Shown: positions 1-9,234, counted from the first letter of the stretch. The stretch: DNA of 64,000 bases from Phormidesmis sp. (GCA_965248535.1 CBDFJR010000002.1:1792001-1856000), one strand, 5' to 3'. The notes: generated from the sequence alone by a model not told the origin. Made by a program: numbers and translations.

Positions 1-734
1 TGATGCTCAAATGCGGGGGGCACAAAGCAGCAGGCGGATTCTCGTTTGAGGCCAGTCAGCTAGAGGCGATCCGATCGCGTCTTTGCACCTTTGCCCACCA
101 GTCTTTAAAACCCGAACACCTCAAGCCGCTGGTCACAGTGGATGCCCAAGCCGATCTGAATCAGATTGACCTCAGCTTCTATGCTCAAATGGATGCCCTT
201 CACCCCTGCGGCATGGAAAATCCCGATCCGGTGTTTTGGACTCCGAATGTCCGCATTAGTGACCAAAAACTGATCGGCAAAGGACACCTCAAACTAATGG
301 TGTGCCAAGAAGATTTAGCCGCCGATCGGCTTGTAGCTAGTCAAAAAATGACCGCGATCGCGTGGCGTTGGGGCGAATATTATCCCTTACCCAAGCATCT
401 AGACATTGCCTATCGCGTCAGAACTAATGAATGGAACGGCGAGGTTTCGATGCAGCTAGAGCTTGTGGGGGTCAGGCTGCCTGCTCAAGCGACAAATTCT
501 GGGGTTGAGTTTTCCCATAGTCAACGCCAATATACCTGCGTGATTTTAGAGCGAGACGGCAGCAAAGAACTGAGAATTCGCAATTTTAAAGGCGAAGTTC
601 TAGCCATTCAAAAAGGTCAAAAAATCGGAACGCTGGGCAAGACTCCGCAGACGGTCAAAGAGATAGACGTTTCTCAACCGCAGTTTTATCACTTGATCAA
701 AGCGGCGATGCGAGCACTGGGATTAGGAGAATAG
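1..734 (+). CDS. recJ: Single-stranded-DNA exonuclease RecJ, C-terminal part (5' end outside window)
   Basis: GGHKAAGG DHHA1 motif, LHPCGMENPDPVF, GHLKL and OB-fold segment typical of RecJ. Confidence 0.9.
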   Translation, partial: MLKCGGHKAAGGFSFEASQLEAIRSRLCTFAHQSLKPEHLKPLVTVDAQADLNQIDLSFYAQMDALHPCGMENPDPVFWTPNVRISDQKLIGKGHLKLMVCQEDLAADRLVASQKMTAIAWRWGEYYPLPKHLDIAYRVRTNEWNGEVSMQLELVGVRLPAQATNSGVEFSHSQRQYTCVILERDGSKELRIRNFKGEVLAIQKGQKIGTLGKTPQTVKEIDVSQPQFYHLIKAAMRALGLGE

Positions 735-739
735 TTGGC

Positions 740-1259
740 TTGACACTCCCACGGCTCCGCAAAGCTAAAGCCGTGGGATTCTTGGTTCAATGAAACCACT
801 TAACCTAGAGTCCTTGCGTCATCTAGACCAGAGGTGGGATTCTCCCCAAGCGTTAATTCGGGTATGCCCTACCCTATTTGCTTTTCTCTTACTCAGTTGC
901 CTGCGACGGGAAACCCGTCTTCAGCACTGAGCGCCGCAAGTCCTGTTTAAGTTTGAAGCAGATAGGCCTCAAAATGCTGTTTGTCTAGCTCCTCTGAATC
1001 GTTTACCTACTGCGAGGGGGAGTCTAGAAAAATGCAGTAGAACCGCATAGATTCAATTTTCAAGGTTCAGCGTGTCTCTCGACAGCAAGGTTTTTAAAGT
1101 GGTTGGTTACCTTTCCACAAGTACAAAATTATCACAAATCGGAGTGCGATTTCATGAAGATTGCTGGACTCTGCCTGCTGCCGCAGGCGCGAGAACCCTC
1201 GCTACATCCCACGGCTGAAGCACGATGGGTTTTGCGGGTTCTCAGGCTCTCCCGTTTCT
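740..1259 (-). mobile_element. Non-autonomous IS200/IS605-family element (PATE/short IS891-like, 520 bp) retaining the tnpB 3' end/omegaRNA-like region
   Basis: Minus strand ends GAATCCCACGGCT..AGCCGTGGGAGTGTCAA (right-end hairpin plus TCAA). Left end has hairpin CCCATCGTGCTTCAGCCGTGGG and follows TTAT. Remnant peptides RVGHTRINAWGE and LNQESHGFS resemble TnpB C-termini. No transposase ORF. Confidence 0.85.
892..931. repeat. Small hairpin repeat nested inside the IS605-derived element
   Basis: CTCAGT..GACGGG-AAA-CCCGTC..ACTGAG stem-loop resembling cyanobacterial short dispersed repeats. Confidence 0.45.
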
Positions 1260-1261
1260 AT

Positions 1262-1290
1262 AAAAAAGCCCGATCGTGCGATCGGGCTTT
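1262..1290. terminator. Intrinsic terminator hairpin downstream of psb30
   Basis: AAAGCCCGATCG-TG-CGATCGGGCTTT perfect stem followed by a T-run on the minus strand. Confidence 0.7.
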
Positions 1291-1360
1291 GGAGCTACTC
1301 TCTCTTAAACTTGATAAAACTTTGTCAGGCTAGCTGAATCTAAACTACAGGCGCTAACTT

Positions 1361-1480
1361 CTAGAGGTTGCCGTTCCGCAACGCTAGCAAGAAAATCACA
1401 ATGGGGCCTGCAATCACGATCGCTGCAAGCATTGATAATTGAGCAATCGCCTCAAAGTTGATATTGCTTAGAAACTCCAT
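1361..1480 (-). CDS. psb30: Photosystem II subunit Psb30/Ycf12 (39 aa; missing from ORF track)
   Basis: Manual translation MEFLSNINFEAIAQLSMLAAIVIAGPIVIFLLALRNGNL; GGAGGGG RBS upstream. Confidence 0.93.
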   Translation of the reverse strand: MEFLSNINFEAIAQLSMLAAIVIAGPIVIFLLALRNGNL

Positions 1481-1721
1481 TTCCCCTCCCAACAAGCCTG
1501 ATAACGTCTGAACCGAAATCTCAATAGTTAATATCTTATCGGTACGATCGCACCTTTCTTAAAAAGCTTCACAAAACTCTAAAAAACTTAAATCCCAATC
1601 CCATCTGACCGTCAGGGTTTGTTAGAGTGAGTTGTTCCTTCACTCAGATAGTGTCTCATAGTCTCGATCCCCATTCAGTGCAACTCTGAGGCGAAGATCT
1701 TCCTCCAACTTTCTAAACCCT

Positions 1722-2072
1722 ATGGCAACCTGGCTTTGTGTCAAACAGTGTGGTGCTTGCTGTCACCTCGACCCCACCGATCGTCCCGATTTAGAAGACT
1801 ATCTCTCAGCCGCCGACCTTGAGCTTTATCTCAGCATGGTGGGCGACGATGGCTGGTGCATAAATTTTGATTCCAGCAGCCGCGAGTGCCGCATTTATGA
1901 GAATCGCCCAAGCTTTTGCCGAGTCGAAACAAAAACGTTTGAAGCCATGTTTGGGGTTGAGCCTGAAGAACTCAACGATTTTGCGATCGACTGTTGCCGT
2001 GAGCAGATCGAAGGCGTTTATGGCGATCGCAGTTTAGAAATGCTGCGCTTTGATCAAGCTATTGGTCTCTAA
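1722..2072 (+). CDS. YkgJ/UPF0153 cysteine-cluster (putative Fe-S/Zn) protein
   Basis: CxxxCGACC...WC..C.IYE.RP.FCR pattern. Confidence 0.85.
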   Translation: MATWLCVKQCGACCHLDPTDRPDLEDYLSAADLELYLSMVGDDGWCINFDSSSRECRIYENRPSFCRVETKTFEAMFGVEPEELNDFAIDCCREQIEGVYGDRSLEMLRFDQAIGL

Positions 2073-2133
2073 AGATTGCCAATTACCGCAAAGTCCAAGA
2101 TAATGAAAGAAATGTGAAAAGCAGTGTCTATTC

Positions 2134-2535
2134 ATGCCACTAACCGAACTTTCTGCCCCCGGTCTTCCCACTCCCTCAATCGAGCCTGGTTTCTCTGACC
2201 CGTCCATAGCGCTAGAGAAAGAAGACCCCTCGATCGTCGCTCCAGCCTCAACCTGGGACGTTTGGAAGGTGTTTGGTTCCACGTTTGCCACCATCTTTTT
2301 GGCAGAACTGGGCGACAAAACCCAGGTCGCGACGCTGTTGATGAGCGCTCAATCTCAAAACCCTTGGGTCGTGTTTGCGGGTGCGGCTTCTGCTTTGGTT
2401 GCCACGAGTTTAGTGGGCGTGTTGGTTGGTCGCTGGTTGAGCACCCGCCTTTTGCCGAGAACCCTTGAAAAAGCAACTGGAATGCTTTTGCTTGTGATCT
2501 CAGCCTTGCTGGTTTGGGATGTCGCCAGAATGTAG
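2134..2535 (+). CDS. TMEM165/GDT1 (UPF0016) half-size transporter, putative Mn2+ hemi-exporter
   Basis: FLAELGDKTQ motif, 3 TM helices. Confidence 0.88.
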   Translation: MPLTELSAPGLPTPSIEPGFSDPSIALEKEDPSIVAPASTWDVWKVFGSTFATIFLAELGDKTQVATLLMSAQSQNPWVVFAGAASALVATSLVGVLVGRWLSTRLLPRTLEKATGMLLLVISALLVWDVARM

Positions 2536-2551
2536 TCAGGAGTCAGCAGCA

Positions 2552-2848
2552 ATGGATTGGCATCTTCTAGGGTTAAGCTTTATCACCGTTTTTTTGGCAG
2601 AGTTAGGCGACAAAAGCCAGCTTGCGGCGATCGCGCTCAGTGGCGCAAACGCTAAGTTTCCGAGAGCGGTTTTTTTGGGCACGATCGCGGCCCTGATTCT
2701 CGCTAGCTTTTTGGGTGTGATTGTAGGCGAAGGCACGGCTCAAGTGTTGCCTGCTCAATTGGCTAAAGCGATCGCCGCCGCCGGGTTTGCGATTATGGCC
2801 ATTCGGCTGCTCTGGTTTGGCTCTAAAGAGTCAGAGTTGCCCAAATAA
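2552..2848 (+). CDS. TMEM165/GDT1 (UPF0016) half-size transporter, partner subunit
   Basis: FLAELGDKSQ motif; start reset to ATG 2552 (MDWHLL). Confidence 0.88.
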   Translation: MDWHLLGLSFITVFLAELGDKSQLAAIALSGANAKFPRAVFLGTIAALILASFLGVIVGEGTAQVLPAQLAKAIAAAGFAIMAIRLLWFGSKESELPK

Positions 2849-2906
2849 AAGCCTCCGGTTTTCCGAAGGCTAGATAGAATTTGACTATCTAAACTGGGTT
2901 AGAAAC

Positions 2907-3428
2907 CTAGACTTCTGATGGGCGATCGAGTTGCCAGCTTAAGAGAACGCCGCCGATCGTCAGCTTGACCGCTTCTAAAACCCAATAGCCCCCATGAAGT
3001 TGATTCATGCCAGCGGGCACGTCAACGGCGGTGTCAAACCAATTGAGATGGGCACCTAAAGAACTCATTTGAGGCGATAGAAAATAGGTGCAAACTAGCG
3101 TCACTGACAGCATCAGCAGTGACAGCATCACACTCTGAGCACCGCGAGACTCTCTTGACTTAGACCCTTGTCGCTGAATCAGCAACCCAGTCACAGCAAC
3201 GGCTGCACAGACTAGCTCCAGTCGATTAAAAACCCAAAAAAGCCCATAGCCTGCGGGGACAAAATCAGGCTGAGTCAACATCCCCGATGCTGCGAGACTG
3301 GGCATGATTACTAAGTCTAAAAGGAGGCTGGTGCTTAACCAAAACGCTAGCACGATCGTCAAAACTTTGTGCCAAACAACCGATTTAACCGCATCTGTTG
3401 AGTAAGCAACCTTAGAACTGGAAACCAT
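2907..3428 (-). CDS. DUF4149-type 4-TM membrane protein
   Basis: Four hydrophobic helices; FNRLELVC and MNQLHGGYWVLE motifs. Confidence 0.65.
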   Translation of the reverse strand: MVSSSKVAYSTDAVKSVVWHKVLTIVLAFWLSTSLLLDLVIMPSLAASGMLTQPDFVPAGYGLFWVFNRLELVCAAVAVTGLLIQRQGSKSRESRGAQSVMLSLLMLSVTLVCTYFLSPQMSSLGAHLNWFDTAVDVPAGMNQLHGGYWVLEAVKLTIGGVLLSWQLDRPSEV

Positions 3429-3962
3429 AACAAGCCTCTATCTCATCTTCTGTTAATAGACTAACAAATTTCTTCTTTGTGACTGATTAATAAATAAGAA
3501 ACTTAGCATTTTAATCTCGCAAACCTGTCTTTAAAAGCCGATGAACCTGACGGAAAAGTGTCAGGTTCATCACAAAAGATTAAAGAACAAACGAAGGTTG
3601 TATAGGTGAACAGTGACTGCAATTCCGTTGCCATGAAACCAGAGTCATTCCTCCTTCTCCAATAACAGATCAGACTAGTCACAAACTAAGCTGCACTTTG
3701 TGTGGAATCGCAGGTGCTTTGGGAAGGAGACACAGCCCAAAAACAATAATTAAGAGATTGAAGAGTGCATCTCTGGGTGTCTAAATTAACCCTAGCATCG
3801 CTCTCTAAAACCGGGAGGCATCTTTAATAGATAAAGACTGAATTTAACAGAAGTTAATATTTACTCAAACAACGACACACAGCCAGACAAAACTGAATTC
3901 GTTAAGATGAATCTGTCTACCCCAACGCGTTGCCGATTTTAATTTAACCAAAACTATTTCTG

Positions 3963-4538
3963 ATGATGATTCGTCATTTTGCGCTGTCTTTAGGAGCCGT
4001 CTTTTTAGGGGTAGTGGGCCCGATCGTAGCCCCTCTCTCAGCCGCCCAAGCGGTGCAGCTTTCAGACGGCACGGTGTTTTTTACGGCACCTCCTCGACTC
4101 GTGGGAGCCTCTAGCACTAACAACTCTGTCTACGCTTGGTCGGTGACTTATTATTTCACCCTCAACCATTTAGAAAATGCTGGGGAACCCTTGCAGCGCG
4201 TGACGATCGCCCAAGATGAGGGCACCGACACCGTAAGATTTTCGTCTAGAGAGATTGAGGCGTTTGAGGGCAGCCGCGATCGCCTCGGCTCAAAGCTGCC
4301 GTTAGGAGAAGTGACGGTCGATCGCAAATCGCGCACGGTCACGGTGAACTTTGATCCTCCAGTGCCGCCCGGAAGACAGGTTACGATCGCGCTATCTCCC
4401 GATCGTAACCCCCTCTACGGTGGCGTTTATCTATTTGGAGTTACCGCCTTTCCGCCCGGTGAGAAAACTCACGGGCAATTTCTAGGGTTTGGACGACTCA
4501 GCTTTTATGAGGTCGGAAACGATTTCTTTTTTAGATAA
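3963..4538 (+). CDS. DUF2808 family secreted protein
   Basis: Signal peptide; FDPPVPPG and NP..GGVYLFGVTAFP.G motifs. Confidence 0.8.
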   Translation: MMIRHFALSLGAVFLGVVGPIVAPLSAAQAVQLSDGTVFFTAPPRLVGASSTNNSVYAWSVTYYFTLNHLENAGEPLQRVTIAQDEGTDTVRFSSREIEAFEGSRDRLGSKLPLGEVTVDRKSRTVTVNFDPPVPPGRQVTIALSPDRNPLYGGVYLFGVTAFPPGEKTHGQFLGFGRLSFYEVGNDFFFR

Positions 4539-4889
4539 TCAAAACGTTGAGCCATTCCAGCCCCACAGTGAGCCTTTAGCCTCGGTGAACTCAATATAAA
4601 TGCGATCGCTGGGCACGGCCAGAGCTTGCTGAATGTGTTGGCAAAAGTCTTGACTCATTGCTTGAACCTGAGCAGAACTCATGGAACCCACGCTCTTAAT
4701 CTCGACATAGCACGTTGGCTCGATCGTGCCGCCAAAAGTCATGCTGACCCCCGGTTCATAAGCGGTCATCACATAAGATTCGGGCTTGCCTGTGTGTTTG
4801 GCCAATCGGGCCGAAAGTTGCTTCAGCAGTGGATCGATCGTGGCAGGGTCAGCGATCGTGACCGAGGTTTTAACTTTGATCAAAGGCAT
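4539..4889 (-). CDS. MIF/phenylpyruvate tautomerase family protein
   Basis: N-terminal catalytic Pro (MPLIKV), GKPESYVM, WGWNGSTF. Confidence 0.9.
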   Translation of the reverse strand: MPLIKVKTSVTIADPATIDPLLKQLSARLAKHTGKPESYVMTAYEPGVSMTFGGTIEPTCYVEIKSVGSMSSAQVQAMSQDFCQHIQQALAVPSDRIYIEFTEAKGSLWGWNGSTF

Positions 4890-4907
4890 AAGACGCTCAT
4901 CGTTGGG

Positions 4908-5387
4908 TTAACCGCCATATTGCCAGCCTGTAGTTTCGAGCAAAAGCGGGTTGCCCTCGCGATGCACCCCAGCGGCAATCACCTCACCGACAAAAACCGT
5001 GTGATCGCCTTTGTCCACCTGTCCAACCACTTGACATTCGACATAGCCCAGCGAATCAGAAATAATCGGGCAGCCCGTTTCGCCTAGATAAAACTCGACT
5101 TCCTCAAATTTATTGCCGACCCGACGCTGGGGTTTGAAGAAATTCTGCGCCATTTCTTTTTGCCCCTCTTCTAAAAAGCTGAGGGCAAACACGCCGCTAG
5201 AGAGAATCATGGCATGGGATTTTGAGTCTTGCTTGACGCAGTTGATCACGAGCGGCGGCGTAAAAGAAGCCTGCATCACCCAACTGGCCGTAAAGCCATT
5301 GACTTCTTCACCCTCTTTGACCCCGCAGACATATAGCCCGTGAGGAATTTTCCGCAACATCGTCTTTTTAGCCTGTTCGTCTAGCAT
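4908..5387 (-). CDS. Flavin reductase family protein
   Basis: NGFTASWV.Q.SF.PP and GDHTVFVGEV motifs. Confidence 0.9.
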   Translation of the reverse strand: MLDEQAKKTMLRKIPHGLYVCGVKEGEEVNGFTASWVMQASFTPPLVINCVKQDSKSHAMILSSGVFALSFLEEGQKEMAQNFFKPQRRVGNKFEEVEFYLGETGCPIISDSLGYVECQVVGQVDKGDHTVFVGEVIAAGVHREGNPLLLETTGWQYGG

Positions 5388-5471
5388 TGGAGCCTATGCC
5401 TCGCTGATTTTCTAGGGTTGAGCCTACTCATTCTAGAAGGATGGAACCCAAAAATCATCTTTCTCTGACAG

Positions 5472-5510
5472 CAAAGCCGATCGCTCTGGCAGTCAGAAGC
5501 ATCGGCTTTG
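5472..5510. terminator. Hairpin downstream of psbY
   Basis: CAAAGCCGAT...ATCGGCTTTG inverted repeat. Confidence 0.5.
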
Positions 5511-5559
5511 GGAAAGGTCGATCGGTGAACTCAATACTCAATTAAGAACTGAGCCAAGC

Positions 5560-5682
5560 TTAACTTTTTGCTAAGAAGGCTTGAATCTGCTTGATGGCGA
5601 CTGGAGCAATCCGAGAAACTGCCCAACCTCCGGCAGCCAAGATCGGAAGCAAAACTATTAAAATGCGAAAGTCAAATTCCAT
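5560..5682 (-). CDS. psbY: Photosystem II subunit PsbY (40 aa; missing from ORF track)
   Basis: Manual translation MEFDFRILIVLLPILAAGGWAVSRIAPVAIKQIQAFLAKS. Confidence 0.92.
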   Translation of the reverse strand: MEFDFRILIVLLPILAAGGWAVSRIAPVAIKQIQAFLAKS

Positions 5683-5765
5683 AACCTGCGTTCTCTCTTC
5701 AAAAAAAATTTAGAATGCTTACTCTCATTTTTATCTTATTTGGGTGCGTTTTCAAAGCAGTTTTC

Positions 5766-6329
5766 TCAGTTTGATGGCTGCTGCACGTCAAAGCCGAGAT
5801 CAGTCCCTTTGCCAGCATGGACGAGGGCTAACTTTTCATAATGTTGAGCGTGTTGAATGAGGTCGTTGACTTCATCCTCTGACAAGTCACGCAGGGGTTT
5901 AGCGGGCACGCCGATGACCAGCGATCGCGCCGCAACATTTTTCGTCACGACTGACCCGGCCCCGACAATGCTGCCTGCGCCCACCCGCACCCCATCAAGC
6001 ACGATCGCCCCAATGCCAATCAAACAGCCCCGCTCAATGTGAGCACTGTGAATGACAGCCCGATGCCCGATCGTCACATAATCCTCAAGAATGGTGGGTT
6101 TACCCGGATCTCCGTGTAGAATTGCCCCATCTTGAATGTTGGTGCAGGCACCAATTAAAATTCGTTCTACATCGGCCCGGACGACAGCACCATACCAAAT
6201 GCTGGCTCCTAACCCCACGTCTACCCAGCCCATAACCGTCGCATTAGGGGCCACAAAGGCTGCCTGAGATAGGTCAGGCGGCGACCAGTAGGGCGAGGTC
6301 GATAGAAAAGATTCATCAAGGTTGGTCAC
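5766..6329 (-). CDS. Gamma-carbonic anhydrase-like (YrdA/PaaY) hexapeptide protein
   Basis: RADV..I.IG..TNIQDG.ILH, TIGH.AVIH motifs. Confidence 0.9.
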   Translation of the reverse strand: MTNLDESFLSTSPYWSPPDLSQAAFVAPNATVMGWVDVGLGASIWYGAVVRADVERILIGACTNIQDGAILHGDPGKPTILEDYVTIGHRAVIHSAHIERGCLIGIGAIVLDGVRVGAGSIVGAGSVVTKNVAARSLVIGVPAKPLRDLSEDEVNDLIQHAQHYEKLALVHAGKGTDLGFDVQQPSN

Positions 6330-6420
6330 AGCTATACCGAATTGCTTGAGAGGGCGGGAAGCTTCCCTAGTTATAATAGTTTCACGATGACGCGCACCCT
6401 TACATGAACGCTAGCACTTC

Positions 6421-6930
6421 ATGACCAGTCCAGGCTTTCAATACCCAATTTTTGGCCCAGAGATTCAGTGCCCTCACTGCCGTCAGACGATTCAAGCTTT
6501 GACTCTGACAGACACTTATCTGTGCCAGCGTCATGGTGCGTTTGAGTCCGATCCCGAAACGGGTGAGCTGATTCACCTTCAGTCTGGACGACATTGGCGC
6601 TTGTGGAAAGACGAATGGTATCGTCAACACGTTCACCCCGATGGCATTCGGTTTGAGATTCATGAAGCGCTCGATCGGCTCTATACCCAAGGTTATCGGG
6701 CCACAAAAGTGATCATTGCCCAGCGCTATCAAGACTTGATCAGCACTTATCTTGAGCGCAGCACTCCTTGGCGGGGTCAGAGCGACTCCCCAAAGCCGCG
6801 ACTCTATGGCTTGACGGTGGAGTTTAGCCCCGACCCCAAAGATGAGCCGTGCTGGGATGTGATTAACTTCGATTTAGAAAAAGAACCCGGAGCGCCTGTC
6901 AGATATCCCTATTTTCGATTGTTTGAATAA
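6421..6930 (+). CDS. TIGR02652-type conserved cyanobacterial zinc-ribbon protein
   Basis: CPHC...C..HG and QHVHPDGIRFEIHEALDRL motifs. Confidence 0.75.
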   Translation: MTSPGFQYPIFGPEIQCPHCRQTIQALTLTDTYLCQRHGAFESDPETGELIHLQSGRHWRLWKDEWYRQHVHPDGIRFEIHEALDRLYTQGYRATKVIIAQRYQDLISTYLERSTPWRGQSDSPKPRLYGLTVEFSPDPKDEPCWDVINFDLEKEPGAPVRYPYFRLFE

Positions 6931-6976
6931 AAAGTTTTAGGGTCTAGTTGAGAACCCCGATCGTACCCTGCCTGTT

Positions 6977-7390
6977 ATGCACCACGCTTCGATTCGGACG
7001 GCTGATATTTTTCGAGCGATCGCGTTTTATGAGCAGCTTGGCTTCACGATCGAAGAACGATTTACCACGGGCTACACCCTGGCCTGCTGGATGACAGGGT
7101 TGGGGGGACGCATTGAGCTTGTGCAGATTCCTGAGCCACACCCGGCTGCCGATGCCTTTGGAGATGAGCACTACGTGGGCTATTATCATCTGTCGTTTGA
7201 TTTGACTCAAGCCACTGATAGTCTACCGCGCTGGTTAGACGAGTTAAAACGCCGTTTTGCGGATGTGCCGTTAAAAGTGCTTTTAGAGCCGACTCAGCAG
7301 ATGATTGGCGATCGGGTCTACGAAGTCACGTTTATTGCCGATGCCGATGGCTTGCCGCTAGAGTTTATTCGCGAGTTAAGGACACCATAG
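6977..7390 (+). CDS. VOC/glyoxalase family protein
   Basis: MHHASIRT..YYHLSFD..D.DGLPLEF. Confidence 0.85.
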   Translation: MHHASIRTADIFRAIAFYEQLGFTIEERFTTGYTLACWMTGLGGRIELVQIPEPHPAADAFGDEHYVGYYHLSFDLTQATDSLPRWLDELKRRFADVPLKVLLEPTQQMIGDRVYEVTFIADADGLPLEFIRELRTP

Positions 7391-7396
7391 GGGGAG

Positions 7397-8779
7397 ATGC
7401 CAACCGAACCTTTTTTAGACAATTGGGCTTATCTAAAAGTTGAACTTAACTGGCTAGAACGGCTGCTGTTAACCGCCGTAGCCCGACAGCGCAAAGAGAC
7501 GAAAGAACTCGATCGCGTCGCTAAAACCGCCGCCGATCGTGTGACTAGCCACTGGTGGAAAGGGCTGGTTAGCTTAGAGGGACCGATCGCTTACGACTCT
7601 CCGGTTGAGGCGCGAAAAGCGAACCCTTCGGAGTCAAAGGGCAATTATCAGCAGCAGATGGAAGCCAGAATTCGCTCTAGCCAGCAGCAAGGCATAGAAC
7701 TGGCGCTGCCTGCTTTGTGCGATCGCTTCAGCCTCACTCCCTTTGAGAAAAACCTAATTTTAATGGGCCTCGCACCCGAAGTGCATCGCCGCTATGCCCA
7801 ACTCTATGGCTATTTGCAGGGCAAAGACTCTGAGCGCGCTGATCTGCCTAATGTCGATCTGGCGCTGCGGCTGTTTTGTCGCACCGATCCTGAATGGAGA
7901 GCCGCCCGATCGAGCCTCCTGCCCTCCAGTCCGCTGCTGCAAAATCAACTGATTGAGTTGCTCTCATCGACCACACCGTTATTGAATCGCTCGATCAAAC
8001 TCTGCGATCGCTGGGTCGATCTGCTCTTAAGCGATGGAGTTCGCCGTCTTCAAGTTCACCCTCTGGCTGGGTCAGATTTCTCAACAGATTTTGAAAGGTT
8101 GGTGCTGTCTGAGCGGTTGCTGGCTGACCTTAAACATCTTTGTCATCAGATGCAGTTTGGTGCTCAAGTGGATGAAACGTGGGAGTTCCAGAGTTTAGGC
8201 GCGGCACAACATCCTGGCATCGTGGCGCTGCTCGTCGGCCCAACCGGAACGGGCAAACAGACTGCGGCTCGTGCGATCGCTCAGGCGCTCCACACCTCAC
8301 TGGTGCAGATTGATTTAGCAGAATTAAATCCCTCAGAGCACCTAGACTGGATGGGGAAAATTGCCCACCAAGATCCCACCGTTCTCTTGATCAAGTCGGC
8401 TGGGATTGGGTTGAGCAGAACGTCTCCCATGGCTGGAATCGATCAATTTTTGGCAGCCCGACGATCGCGCCGTCGCCTGACTCTGTTGAGTGTCGAGCGA
8501 CTTCCGATTATGGAACAGACGATCCGATCGCAGATTCAGCAAACGCTGCATTTTCCATTACCCGATCGGGCTTCTCGATTAAAACTCTGGCAGCAGGCTT
8601 TTCCGCCCCAAGTTCCTTTAAAGGACATCGATTGGCATGAGTTGGCTAAATTTGCTCTGACGGGTGGAGAGATTGGAGCGATCGCGCGGTCTGCTGCCTT
8701 TTTTGCGGCCGCAGAAGCCTCTGCGACTTTAGACATGAGCCATTTGCACCAAGCCTTGACAAGCCGCCAACGTCATTAA
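7397..8779 (+). CDS. AAA+ ATPase-like protein with degenerate Walker B
   Basis: Walker A GPTGTGKQ, lid FPLPDRASRLKLW, LTGGEI; Walker B position reads VLLIKS. Confidence 0.75.
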   Translation: MPTEPFLDNWAYLKVELNWLERLLLTAVARQRKETKELDRVAKTAADRVTSHWWKGLVSLEGPIAYDSPVEARKANPSESKGNYQQQMEARIRSSQQQGIELALPALCDRFSLTPFEKNLILMGLAPEVHRRYAQLYGYLQGKDSERADLPNVDLALRLFCRTDPEWRAARSSLLPSSPLLQNQLIELLSSTTPLLNRSIKLCDRWVDLLLSDGVRRLQVHPLAGSDFSTDFERLVLSERLLADLKHLCHQMQFGAQVDETWEFQSLGAAQHPGIVALLVGPTGTGKQTAARAIAQALHTSLVQIDLAELNPSEHLDWMGKIAHQDPTVLLIKSAGIGLSRTSPMAGIDQFLAARRSRRRLTLLSVERLPIMEQTIRSQIQQTLHFPLPDRASRLKLWQQAFPPQVPLKDIDWHELAKFALTGGEIGAIARSAAFFAAAEASATLDMSHLHQALTSRQRH

Positions 8780-9132
8780 GGCATTCGGCCAACTCGCCCC
8801 AAGAGCGGCAGATCAATCGCTTTGCGTCGCCATAGCTGCACCATCATCCACAAATTCACCAAAAAATAGCCCGAAGTCAGAAGGCTGCTCGTCAACAGCA
8901 AAGGGAGTTGCAGCGAGTCAGCAGTCGTGGCTCCGGCTCCCAATAAAAAATAGGCGACCAGCCAGCCCAAGGCCAGTTTGATCACCAAACGACTCAGCGA
9001 TCGTTCTGTCCGGGTGCCTTTGTGTCGATAGAGCGTCCACAGCGCCGGAAAAAAGCCAAACACAGGCAGCAGATAGAGAAATAACTTCAGGTGTTGAATA
9101 TCCTGATTTTCGAGAGAATCAAGGTCGTTCAT
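8776..9132 (-). CDS. Conserved cyanobacterial membrane protein
   Basis: 3 hydrophobic segments; start reset to ATG 9132 to avoid overlap with the divergent gene. Confidence 0.7.
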   Translation of the reverse strand: MNDLDSLENQDIQHLKLFLYLLPVFGFFPALWTLYRHKGTRTERSLSRLVIKLALGWLVAYFLLGAGATTADSLQLPLLLTSSLLTSGYFLVNLWMMVQLWRRKAIDLPLLGRVGRMP

Positions 9133-9234
9133 GAAGAATCGCAACGAAGGAAGATGAACTAGATGCAGCCAGCAGGGGATAATGATGAAGACTCTCGAAA
9201 TTTTCGAGTAGTCACTGTTATTTTTGGCTGCAAT

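Noticed and set aside
1103..1333. 76-aa ORF
   Set aside because: It runs across the IS left end and a terminator and has no protein-like features; probably spurious.
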